Positions 44,127-52,442 of a stretch of 52,442 nt of DNA are shown here, one piece after another. The stretch's first letter is position 1. The number at the start of each line of letters is the position of its first letter. Below the pieces are notes generated by a model that saw nothing but the letters and a program-made list of their open reading frames with translations, had not been told where the DNA came from and ran no database searches. The DNA lies in the IMG/VR virus record IMGVR_UViG_3300045911_000060, positions 1-52,442 of that record, one strand, 5' to 3'. A program made the translations under genes and the position numbers. Source of the stretch: a virus (lineage: Duplodnaviria > Caudoviricetes).

Positions 44127-44885
44127 ATGGATAAGATGTTGTCTGTTGCGAAGACTGCTTTCTATTTCGCGTCTGTCGTCTGTTTGCTTTTTCTGGCCCG
44201 CCTTCTGTGGGTCGTTCCCGACCTCATCAAAACTGAAATGGCCGCGACACGTGCCTTGATTGACACCCGCGTGTCATCACTGGAGAAGACCACGGATCGC
44301 CAATTGACCGATTGGCGCGCTACCACCGATCAGCAGTTGACGGAGATCCGCACCACCACCGACCGGCGCATCAGCAGTTTGGAGAAGACCATGGATCGGC
44401 ATCTGGTAGCACTGGAAGGCGAAACCCTGAAACGGGTCGATCAGTTGGTGGCATCCGCTGACCGGAACCTGACCAATGTAGCGGGTGGGGTGAACGATCT
44501 GACGAAAACCTATGCGGCACTCCCGGAGCGGATGAACACTTCGCTCAAGCCATTCACGAACTGTGAAGAGAACGACTTCTGTTGGCAGAACCTTGTGACC
44601 GATTCTATGGTGTCTTTCCGCGCCGCCAGCCGCGACACATCGGCCACGATGCAGGGGATTTCGACGACCATCCCGATGATCGCTTCTGATGTCAAGAAGA
44701 GCACGGACGCCTTCGCAACACAGTTCCCGATCATCGTCCAGAACACCAGCAACATCACGGCCAACATTGATCGGTTGACCAAACCGAAGTGGTATGACCG
44801 GGCGATTGGTTACGCGGCGAACGGTACGCTGATCTGGTTCAATATCAACCGGGCCTTGACGCCATCCGTGACGCTGACCAAATAA
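44127..44885 (+). CDS. membrane-anchored coiled-coil protein
   Basis: N-terminal TM; TTDRQL-type repeats. Confidence 0.65.
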   Translation: MDKMLSVAKTAFYFASVVCLLFLARLLWVVPDLIKTEMAATRALIDTRVSSLEKTTDRQLTDWRATTDQQLTEIRTTTDRRISSLEKTMDRHLVALEGETLKRVDQLVASADRNLTNVAGGVNDLTKTYAALPERMNTSLKPFTNCEENDFCWQNLVTDSMVSFRAASRDTSATMQGISTTIPMIASDVKKSTDAFATQFPIIVQNTSNITANIDRLTKPKWYDRAIGYAANGTLIWFNINRALTPSVTLTK

Positions 44886-44917
44886 AAAAATGGCGGGCCG
44901 ATACACTGGCCCGCCGT
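44885..44917 (-). terminator. intrinsic terminator
   Basis: GGCGGGCC/GGCCCGCC stem with A-run on the + strand. Confidence 0.65.
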
Positions 44918-44971
44918 AGCAAGAGAAAAAGCGCGAACCTCTCACAGCGCACGCTTACCCATCATTATACG

Positions 44972-45487
44972 TCAGTTCACCGTATTGTTTTTGGGATTGC
45001 ACGCGCACTTGTCATCGCAACAGCTATCGCCGGATTCCGGGTAGGTCACCGGGGCGTTCAGGACGTGTTGTTTGCCGATGAACCTCTTTTCGAATTTGGG
45101 TTCCCACGGGAACTTCCCTTTCGTGTCGGTCCAGACCATCTGGAGAGCGTCGAACTCCGGGCCGTTGTAGTTGTACGCCATGCCGACCCAATCTGCGTTC
45201 TTCCGATCCACCACGACGAACTGTGTGGGGAAGTTGGCAAGTTCGTCGTAGTTCTTGCCCGGCTCAAACCGCTGGCCGTCCCCGATCATCTTCACAATGT
45301 TTTGCAGGAAGACGTAGGCCGTTTGGACCGGCAAACCGTGGATCACGATTTCGGGATGGTTGAACTTCTCCATCAAACCGACCGTGTAGCAAATACCAAG
45401 CGACGGCACACCCGTCACGATCCACCCGTATTCCAGCATCTTTGCGGCCAAGGGAACGGGCAATCGGAGAAGTCGTTCTTCATTCAT
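44972..45487 (-). CDS. DUF4262 domain protein
   Basis: YTVGL...HPEIVIHGL, LQMVWTDTKGKFPWE. Confidence 0.8.
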   Translation of the reverse strand: MNEERLLRLPVPLAAKMLEYGWIVTGVPSLGICYTVGLMEKFNHPEIVIHGLPVQTAYVFLQNIVKMIGDGQRFEPGKNYDELANFPTQFVVVDRKNADWVGMAYNYNGPEFDALQMVWTDTKGKFPWEPKFEKRFIGKQHVLNAPVTYPESGDSCCDDKCACNPKNNTVN

Positions 45488-45493
45488 GCCAAG

Positions 45494-45536
45494 AGTATAA
45501 CACGCATTTGACATACAAGTCAATGCATGATACGCT
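45494..45536. promoter_or_regulatory. overlapping divergent early promoters
   Basis: + TTGACATACAAGTC...TACGCT and - TTGACT...TATACT, each 6 nt from an ATG. Confidence 0.75.
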
Positions 45537-45542
45537 ATTTCT

Positions 45543-45884
45543 ATGGCAAGAGCCGCAACCAAGAAAGCCGCGCCGCCGGTGGAATATGCGAACGTTCGCA
45601 CGACGATGCAACGAAAATTCGCAATCATCCTGACCGATGAGCAGATCAAGAAGTACTCCGATCTTCACCCGATCACCAAAAGAGATTCCCGTGACGATGT
45701 GTGCGATACGATTGACCGGGACATCCTGATCGACGCCATCGTCGAAGACCTGTTAGGTGCGCCGTGGCACTGGCCGATGAATATGGACTCACCGGCCTAT
45801 GCGCAAGAGTTCTATCAGAAGTTCCACGACGCCTGTCTGGAAAAGGGGATCAAGCTAGACGAAGAGAAGTGGTATAAAGACTAG
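45543..45884 (+). CDS. hypothetical protein
   Basis: ORF. Confidence 0.65.
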   Translation: MARAATKKAAPPVEYANVRTTMQRKFAIILTDEQIKKYSDLHPITKRDSRDDVCDTIDRDILIDAIVEDLLGAPWHWPMNMDSPAYAQEFYQKFHDACLEKGIKLDEEKWYKD

Positions 45885-45885
45885 T

Positions 45886-46068
45886 ATGCTTTTCGACATT
45901 CTGAAATACGTCACCAGTGGTTTTTGGGTGTTCATCGGATGCTTCATTATCTTGATCCTCTTCGTGAACGGGATGGTGAATCTGGTGGCCCGTTTGCGTG
46001 GCATTCCTGCCTATCCGTCGAAGTGTCCGCGATGTGGGTACGACCACGACAAGACAGAAGACGACTAG
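45886..46068 (+). CDS. small membrane protein with CxxC
   Basis: TM plus CPRCG. Confidence 0.6.
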   Translation: MLFDILKYVTSGFWVFIGCFIILILFVNGMVNLVARLRGIPAYPSKCPRCGYDHDKTEDD

Positions 46069-46541
46069 GCTTTTTTTCGTGGACTTTTCTTGGCCGCTTT
46101 CTTTACGGCCTTCTTCGCCGGAGATTTCTTCGTGGGAGCGGCTTCTTTTTTCTTAGTCGCCTTGGGTGGTTTGGGCGGATCGGGAACAGGTTCCGTTTCG
46201 GGAAGAACCGCCGTAGACTTCGGTTTCTTCTTTTTGTCCCCCGCCGGGTTTTCATAGGCCCGGCGTTCTGCGTCTGTGAGCCGGGCTAACACGGTGTCCC
46301 GGAATCGCGCGATGGTCACTTTCTCTTTGTCGTTCGGATCTTTGAGTTCCATCATGGTGTCCCGCCCGCCAATGAGGAACCGTCCTTCCGCCGTCGCGCT
46401 GATAATGCGGAAGTCTTCCCCCGGATGAAACACAGCGACCTTCACGTCTTTCTCTTCCATGTGAATGATTTCACATGCGAAAGCCCGTGAAGGTCCTTTT
46501 GACTCTTTGTAGAGCAGAACGAATTGCTGTCCTAGTTGCAC
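46065..46541 (-). CDS. hypothetical protein with histone H1-like K/A/P tail
   Basis: C-term KKSPAKKAVKKAAKKSPRKKA. Confidence 0.65.
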   Translation of the reverse strand: MQLGQQFVLLYKESKGPSRAFACEIIHMEEKDVKVAVFHPGEDFRIISATAEGRFLIGGRDTMMELKDPNDKEKVTIARFRDTVLARLTDAERRAYENPAGDKKKKPKSTAVLPETEPVPDPPKPPKATKKKEAAPTKKSPAKKAVKKAAKKSPRKKA

Positions 46542-46565
46542 GTAGACATTTAGGACAGTAGCGGT

Positions 46566-48212
46566 TTATGGTACCGCGCCAAGGTCCTGAACGATTGCGA
46601 CCGTGACGTTATTGCCCGCGCCGCCGTCAGTGATGCTGATCCCGGTACCGGCGGTCAACACACGTTCATTGGAAAGTGTTCCATCGTTCGCCAGACAGAC
46701 GAACTGTGCGCTTGAGGAAACGCCGCCGGTCTGATTGATTGTCACGTTCGTGCGATTCGTCGGGGTGTCGTCCACCACATCAATGCTGATGCCGGTGCCG
46801 TCAATGAAGTTCAGTTCGCGCCGGGTGCCGACCAGTGTTCCGCCCTTGGACAGCCGCAAACGCTGGACGACCGTATCCGCCGTCTGTGCGATGGTAGGAT
46901 CGCCGCTGACGCCATCGCCGTTGGTGATGCTGATACCTGTGCCCGCCGTCAATGTGCGCGTCGCTACGGTGCTGGTAGCCGTCTTCGCCACGATGCCGAT
47001 AGACGACCCCAATCCCACGAAGTTGGTCAGTAGCGTGTTCTGAGCCTGATATGCCGTATTGGACGCGGCGGTGATGCGTCCGTAGACATCTACCGTCAGG
47101 GTGTTGTACGTGCCCGCTCCGACGCCCGTTGTCGCCAGATCGACGCCACTCCCACCGACGACGATGCGGCTGGCATTGGCCGTGCGAACGCTGAGGGTGT
47201 TGCCGACTTTCGAAAGACCATCGCCCGCCGCCACATTGTTCGCCCCGGAGAACTGGACCCAATCGAGTCCGGTGGTGTCCAAGGTGATCGGCGCATCAGT
47301 AGCAAGGACCCATGCAGTGTCGCCATTGACAGATCCTTCCGTGACCAAGACGAACGTGCCCGGCAGCATTTCATCGCTGGTGTTAGAGTCCGCCGCCCGG
47401 CTGAGTGGTGTGGACGGTCCAGCAAACACATAGATGCCGTTCTGTGACGTGGTGGTCTGATCCTTGAGCAAGATCCGATCACCGTTGACAAGCGTAACGC
47501 CGTCAATTGTGGTGCCCGGCAAGGTCAGGTTGATGTTCGCTGTAGATGCGGCCCGAACTGATTCTTTGAACTCCAAACCAACGCGCGCGGAATCCACATA
47601 CGCCTTCGTTGCCGCGTCTTGTGGATTCGTCGGGTCCAACAGGTTGATGATCTTCTGTGTGTTCAGATTGACAGATCCCGTGGGTGCCGTCAATTGGTCA
47701 ATCCGGTTGGTCTGAACCGTCGCATTGAAATCAGTGATCTTAGCCGATGTCAGGCTTGGGATGTCCGCCGCCGATAGAACTGTTGCGGCGGTCACCCGGC
47801 CTTGAGCATTGACAGTGACCTTCGTGTATTGAGCCGGGGAAATTCCAAGATCGCTGAGATCAACGGTTGTTTTGTTACCGGCATTGTCGTCCGTTACCGC
47901 GAAGGCTGGCGCAAAATTCAGAGCGGCCCGCGCCGGTCCCGGCGTGCTGTTCGTTTGGACTTGTTGATACACCACGCTGGCCGGTAGATCGTCCAGTTTC
48001 GATTTGTCCGAAGCTGACATGAACCCCGCCACAACGGGTGAGGCATTGCCGTGAACGTGGTTTTCCTTCGCCAATGGATATCCACCAAGCGTCGAACCAT
48101 CATGAACTACGACTGTCCATTTCGTCGTGTCAATGGTCACTTCACGTTGTTTGCCCGTGAAGCTCGAATGTTCGGCGGTGGTGCCACCGCGCCGTTGAAT
48201 TGGTACGCCCAT
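46566..48212 (-). CDS. tail fibre protein
   Basis: Mtd_N-like start, NPQDAATKAYVD, GDRILLKDQT...NGIY, TVDVYGRIT. Confidence 0.8.
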   Translation of the reverse strand: MGVPIQRRGGTTAEHSSFTGKQREVTIDTTKWTVVVHDGSTLGGYPLAKENHVHGNASPVVAGFMSASDKSKLDDLPASVVYQQVQTNSTPGPARAALNFAPAFAVTDDNAGNKTTVDLSDLGISPAQYTKVTVNAQGRVTAATVLSAADIPSLTSAKITDFNATVQTNRIDQLTAPTGSVNLNTQKIINLLDPTNPQDAATKAYVDSARVGLEFKESVRAASTANINLTLPGTTIDGVTLVNGDRILLKDQTTTSQNGIYVFAGPSTPLSRAADSNTSDEMLPGTFVLVTEGSVNGDTAWVLATDAPITLDTTGLDWVQFSGANNVAAGDGLSKVGNTLSVRTANASRIVVGGSGVDLATTGVGAGTYNTLTVDVYGRITAASNTAYQAQNTLLTNFVGLGSSIGIVAKTATSTVATRTLTAGTGISITNGDGVSGDPTIAQTADTVVQRLRLSKGGTLVGTRRELNFIDGTGISIDVVDDTPTNRTNVTINQTGGVSSSAQFVCLANDGTLSNERVLTAGTGISITDGGAGNNVTVAIVQDLGAVP

Positions 48213-49189
48213 TAGCTCAGATCCCCTTCATCTAGGACGATGCCGCCCTGTTGTACTGATACCGTGGTGCCGCTGGTGACCACGTATTGTTGTTTCTCGT
48301 TCATGGTGCCTTGCCGGACTTGTGCTCCCCAAAAATAGTTCGCGTTGGTCGCCGATCCGTTATAGGTCACTGTGCCGTCGCTTGTGGTCATGACGATATC
48401 AAACGTCTTGGTGACGTTGGTTGTCTGTGTGGTTTCTACCAAGCACCGATACCATCCATTGCCGACATTCACAATCGTGGCCTTTGCGCTGGCTCCGACC
48501 GTGCCTACTGTTCCGGTGTTGATGTTGAACCATGCCCGGCGACCAGTTTCACCGTTGATGTTTTGTCCGATGCAAATCCAATCGAGCGACTGTTTTTTGG
48601 CGTAAACGCTAATGACAATAGCCGTTCCGTCTGCCAGAGTACTGTAAGTTGCCCCGACGCCGTGCCGCCCCGATCCGCTTCCTTCCAAAAGACGCCGCCC
48701 CGTATTTGTGCCGTTCGGTGCCGCGATGTTGGTGGCCGGTACCGTCGTGCCGGTGTACTTGTTCCACGCGACATTTTCAAAGGCTTCGCTGTAGGTGAGC
48801 AGATTTTCCAGACGATCCAATCCGCGCATGGCATTTTGGAAAGTGAATCCGCTGAGTGATTGAATCTCCGCTGCGACTTGGTTGTGATGGTAGGCGAAGA
48901 TGTATCCCAATACAGGGGTGTTGTCAGTATGTGCGACAGCAGTGGTGCCGCTGACACCACGAATGCACGGAGTCAAGTTGTTGCCACTTCGCCCGGCCAC
49001 GGAGATGATTTCGTCGTCAATCCCGATGAGACACGGCGTTTCAAACACCGAACCATCGCTGACAGGAATCGAAGTTTGGGTGTCGTCGATATCCGCCGTG
49101 AGTGGAGATTGCGCATTGTCCGAAGCGACCATAAGGATGGAATCCGTAGGGATCGCATACGGGAATGTTGAAGTATTTGGGTTCGCCAT
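48212..49189 (-). CDS. virion protein with head-spike-fibre-like domain
   Basis: NLLTYSEAF...W, GNGWYRC, FWGAQV. Confidence 0.65.
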   Translation of the reverse strand: MANPNTSTFPYAIPTDSILMVASDNAQSPLTADIDDTQTSIPVSDGSVFETPCLIGIDDEIISVAGRSGNNLTPCIRGVSGTTAVAHTDNTPVLGYIFAYHHNQVAAEIQSLSGFTFQNAMRGLDRLENLLTYSEAFENVAWNKYTGTTVPATNIAAPNGTNTGRRLLEGSGSGRHGVGATYSTLADGTAIVISVYAKKQSLDWICIGQNINGETGRRAWFNINTGTVGTVGASAKATIVNVGNGWYRCLVETTQTTNVTKTFDIVMTTSDGTVTYNGSATNANYFWGAQVRQGTMNEKQQYVVTSGTTVSVQQGGIVLDEGDLS

Positions 49190-49201
49190 GCTGACTGGTA
49201 T

Positions 49202-50956
49202 TTAGAAGTAAAACTTCGGGTTGTTGATAAGACTGGACACCGTTGGGTCGAATTCGGGCCGGACCAAAATTTCGACAGCGATATGCTGGACAAAAGTCGG
49301 TGTGATCGCCGCGTCGCGAACCCTTTCCAATGCCATGTGATTGACGACTGCCGGGATACTGAACGAATTGCGGAACCATTCAAGCGCCACATGATTGATG
49401 ACCGCTGGCGGGAACGGCTGGACGACATATTCCAACGCGATGTGATTGATAACCGCTGGCGGATTCGGAGCATTCCGCAACGATTCCAGCGCCACTTGCT
49501 GAACAAATGACGGGGTGGTGTCGATTTCTGTTTTCTGGCGAAGGACTTCCGTCGCCACTGAAGTGAGGTTGACCGGCGGGTCCGGGTTGGCTCCCTTCAG
49601 GAGTTCGTGAGCGACTTGGGTCAGGTTAACCTTGGCCTTGATGGAGTACATCACTTCCAAGGCGCACTGTTGAATCAAAGCATAACGCAACGCACTGATT
49701 TGATTGCCGATTGCTTCAACAGCTTCTTGCTGAATCCACCCGACATTGAGTTGCCGAAGGACTTCCACGGCTGTCTGTGTGTGCCGCGCCCGGCTTCCCG
49801 GAGAGATCAAAACTTCATGGGCGACCTGTGTTAAACGAGCATTGGAACTGACCTGTGCCAGAACTTCGGTGGTGACTTGTGTGTTCCGGGCATACGTCAG
49901 GTTGTCCAATGTGCCGACCCAATTGGCCGTATATCCCGAATAGAAGTCGGTCGTCCAAGATGTCGTTCCGCTCAGAGTGCTGGACTCCGGGGTGACATCC
50001 TGTTCCATTACGCTGTACACATTCAGATTGACCGGCAACCAATCATATCCGGTGTTCAGGACTGACCGGGGCTGTTTGAAGTTGGCGGCGGGGTAGTTGG
50101 TGTATCCCCATGCCAACCGTCGATCATAGTACCCGGCATACAGATCGCTGAACCGCGCCGTGACGCCGCTGAGCACCATCGAACCGGAAATGGTTTCTTG
50201 AGCTTCGACGGATCGGTTGTTCGTGACGACGCCACCGTACATACCCGTTTCAATGGTTACGGACGCATTGGCGTTACAAGTGAGCGTACCGGCCACAGGC
50301 ATAGATGCCGGTGTGCCGGTTTCTTCCTTGGTCAGAATTGCAGTGAGACTTCCCGTGGCGGACATGGTAGCCGCCCCGTTGACCAATACACCCGCTCCGA
50401 CTTGTAGAGACACGGTGATCGCAGCGGTGCCATTGATAATGTCGCCACCGCCCGCTGTGCGCAAGATACCCGTGTCATAGAAATAGCTTGCGTATGCAGA
50501 AGAGGCATTGGTGACGCCATGCGTGGAATTGACAAAGGTGATAACCCCGCCGCCGCCCCGCGATAGCTTGGATGAAGCTGTGAAGGAAAGGGAAGACGGG
50601 ATCGGCACATGCGCCGCTGTCCAAACACTATCACCCTCGAAAAGTGCCGCTGTTGTGAAAAAATTGGTTGTGGTTGGGATAACCGGAATGAATTGTGGAA
50701 TATCCGTATCATCCGAACCAGACCAAATTTTGTACGTGCCAATAGCATTGCTTTCCGGTCGCAAGCCATGTGTCTCTACAAAGTCAATGACACCGCCACC
50801 GCCCCGCGACAGTTTGGCTGAAGCTGTGAAAGAAAGGGAAGACGGAATAGCAACATTGGCCCCACGTAGGTTATACGTGAGGGCCTTGATTGCTGTCGTG
50901 TTCGCTGTCCAGCTATTCGAAATTAGCTGAAGCGTGAATGTCTGTCTTCCGGGCAC
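49202..50956 (-). CDS. repetitive virion structural protein
   Basis: Duplicated 24-aa unit and twelve (Q/H)xAxE repeats. Confidence 0.65.
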   Translation of the reverse strand: MPGRQTFTLQLISNSWTANTTAIKALTYNLRGANVAIPSSLSFTASAKLSRGGGGVIDFVETHGLRPESNAIGTYKIWSGSDDTDIPQFIPVIPTTTNFFTTAALFEGDSVWTAAHVPIPSSLSFTASSKLSRGGGGVITFVNSTHGVTNASSAYASYFYDTGILRTAGGGDIINGTAAITVSLQVGAGVLVNGAATMSATGSLTAILTKEETGTPASMPVAGTLTCNANASVTIETGMYGGVVTNNRSVEAQETISGSMVLSGVTARFSDLYAGYYDRRLAWGYTNYPAANFKQPRSVLNTGYDWLPVNLNVYSVMEQDVTPESSTLSGTTSWTTDFYSGYTANWVGTLDNLTYARNTQVTTEVLAQVSSNARLTQVAHEVLISPGSRARHTQTAVEVLRQLNVGWIQQEAVEAIGNQISALRYALIQQCALEVMYSIKAKVNLTQVAHELLKGANPDPPVNLTSVATEVLRQKTEIDTTPSFVQQVALESLRNAPNPPAVINHIALEYVVQPFPPAVINHVALEWFRNSFSIPAVVNHMALERVRDAAITPTFVQHIAVEILVRPEFDPTVSSLINNPKFYF

Positions 50957-50968
50957 GCCGTCGTTTCC

Positions 50969-52198
50969 TTACGGCACCACAATTGCTAGAGATCCGCGAA
51001 TAGGTTGTGCGATGCCGACGTTGTTGTGTGTGATAATTTGCCAGTTGCGGGAGTCAATGTTAGACAGAATCGTGTCCATGACGTAGGCATCAGATGAGAC
51101 AAATGCGTCCCACAATTGACCTTTGAGTGTGCCTTCGGTTGTGTTGGTAGTCCCCCATCCAATCAAAGGATCGGCCAGAATAGCACTTCCATCATGCCAG
51201 TAACGATGAACTGATGCGGTTTGTCCATTGTAGGCGGAAAGCATTGTCACCAAGTATTGATTGGCGGATGTCGTAACGACTTGGTTCTCCCAAAAATAGC
51301 CGTTACATAGATTTTGGGTTTGTGCCGCTCCGCTGAAGGTGTATCCGTAGTCCACACCCAAAATCACACGGAAACACAAACGACATCCGTAGTTGCCCGC
51401 ACTGGTCGTGTCGGTGTCACTGGAAGCATTCGCTTGTAACCACGCGGCTTCCCAAATCTTCCCGCAGAGGAAAGAAGGAAGATATGGCACACCAAAAGCA
51501 CCGAACGTTCGGTTTTCGAGCGTGCCCGGCGACATGATGAAGACTTGATATTTGTTGGCAATCACCCGCCATCCACGGGCGGTAAGCGGTAGTAATTGGA
51601 TGCCGTTTCCTGTTCCGTTAGCACCAGCTTTGCTTCCCGGCACGTTTTCAATGGAGACAACCGCACAGTTGTTGCCATTGTCACGGATGCGTGCTCGAAT
51701 TCGAAGATTCTGTGGATCGGGCGATAGCGACGACTGCATCAAAAGGTTCGTTGTGTTTGAACCAGAAATCGTAATCCATCCCGCCGCCAACAACGCTGTT
51801 TCAATGCCGTTGATGATCTGTTGTTTGGTTGAACCCACAAAGTTGTAGGCGACATTTGCGCCGCCGTGATATGTGGTTGCCACCAGACCAAGCAACGTAT
51901 TACAGTTGTTGGCCGGGGAGTTGACCACGATGGTGGAGCTTGCTCCAAGGGCATTGGTTGTCCGAATTCGAACGTAGGTAGCAGAATTCACTGTCACTAC
52001 GCTAGCTACCGCGCCGGTCAGAGCACTCAAGTCGGCTACGATGTCCGCCGCCGTGCGGGTACCGGTGGTCAATGAAAAGACTTGGTTGCCGGTTCCGTTG
52101 ACATTGATGGATAGCTGATTGTTCGATTCCGTCACAACATACGGTCCCGCGACGTTGCAGCAGAGATCCGCATTCTTATCAACATATTGAATTGCCAT
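50969..52198 (-). CDS. virion structural protein
   Basis: S/T/N-rich; C-term DPLIGWG...KGQLWDA shared with the next gene. Confidence 0.65.
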   Translation of the reverse strand: MAIQYVDKNADLCCNVAGPYVVTESNNQLSINVNGTGNQVFSLTTGTRTAADIVADLSALTGAVASVVTVNSATYVRIRTTNALGASSTIVVNSPANNCNTLLGLVATTYHGGANVAYNFVGSTKQQIINGIETALLAAGWITISGSNTTNLLMQSSLSPDPQNLRIRARIRDNGNNCAVVSIENVPGSKAGANGTGNGIQLLPLTARGWRVIANKYQVFIMSPGTLENRTFGAFGVPYLPSFLCGKIWEAAWLQANASSDTDTTSAGNYGCRLCFRVILGVDYGYTFSGAAQTQNLCNGYFWENQVVTTSANQYLVTMLSAYNGQTASVHRYWHDGSAILADPLIGWGTTNTTEGTLKGQLWDAFVSSDAYVMDTILSNIDSRNWQIITHNNVGIAQPIRGSLAIVVP

Positions 52199-52225
52199 GT
52201 TTTTGTTTTTGTTTCTTCTCCCTGT

Positions 52226-52442
52226 TTAGCTGATTGCGGTCATCAGTGCGCCGCGCGCGTTTTCGTTGGTCCCGTAGTTGTTGATGGTCATAGGCAAAAA
52301 TGTCCTACCGTCAAGGGTGAACGTGTGATTCGGCTGATATGGTCCACCGACCGCGATATAGGATTCCCACAATTGGCCGCGTATCTTCGCTTCATCGGTC
52401 TGTGCGGTGAGTCCCCATGCAATCAAGGGGTCAACCATGAAC
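52226..52442 (-). CDS. virion structural protein, partial (C-terminus)
   Basis: DPLIAWG...RGQLWES paralogous to 50969..52198; truncated by the window edge. Confidence 0.6.
   Translation of the reverse strand, partial: FMVDPLIAWGLTAQTDEAKIRGQLWESYIAVGGPYQPNHTFTLDGRTFLPMTINNYGTNENARGALMTAIS

Noticed and set aside
592-48212. Diversity-generating retroelement suggested by Mtd_N-like tail fibres
   Set aside because: No reverse transcriptase and no adenine-variable TR/VR repeat pair seen in the window
1-52442. Alternative genetic code or stop-codon reassignment
   Set aside because: TAA, TAG and TGA all end conserved genes at expected lengths; no suppressor tRNA seen

Overview
A segment of a large T4-like (myovirus-type) phage genome using the standard genetic code. 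The host may be an Acidobacteriota member, inferred only from a ClpP and a secreted surface-type protein. T4 core genes are present: gp33-gp59-gp32, gp26/gp51, a tape-measure/hub protein with M23 and GH73 domains, gp54-like, gp2, gp4, gp53, a hub protein, tail fibres, phoH and an exonuclease. They are interleaved with a rich translation-protection arsenal: a Thg1-like 3'-5' polymerase, an Rnl1 RNA ligase, a circularly permuted two-piece tmRNA, ClpP, NADAR, an RMF-like protein and a 1.7-kb RNA operon. That operon has an Ala/Thr-rich leader peptide, tRNAs for Ala x3, Asp x2 and Thr x3, three aberrant tRNA-like RNAs, an rrn-type boxA and two large structured RNAs I do not recognise. Top candidates for novelty: (i) a stand-alone mini-protein carrying the Gol (Lit-activating, EF-Tu-binding) segment of the T4-type major capsid protein, coupled to clpP; (ii) the leader peptide whose composition matches the downstream tRNA set; (iii) the structured RNAs and tRNA mimics; (iv) a probable -1 frameshift joining gp26 and gp51 upstream of the tape measure; (v) pervasive leaderless early and late promoters. 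All calls come from reading the sequence and recalling motifs; no searches were run.
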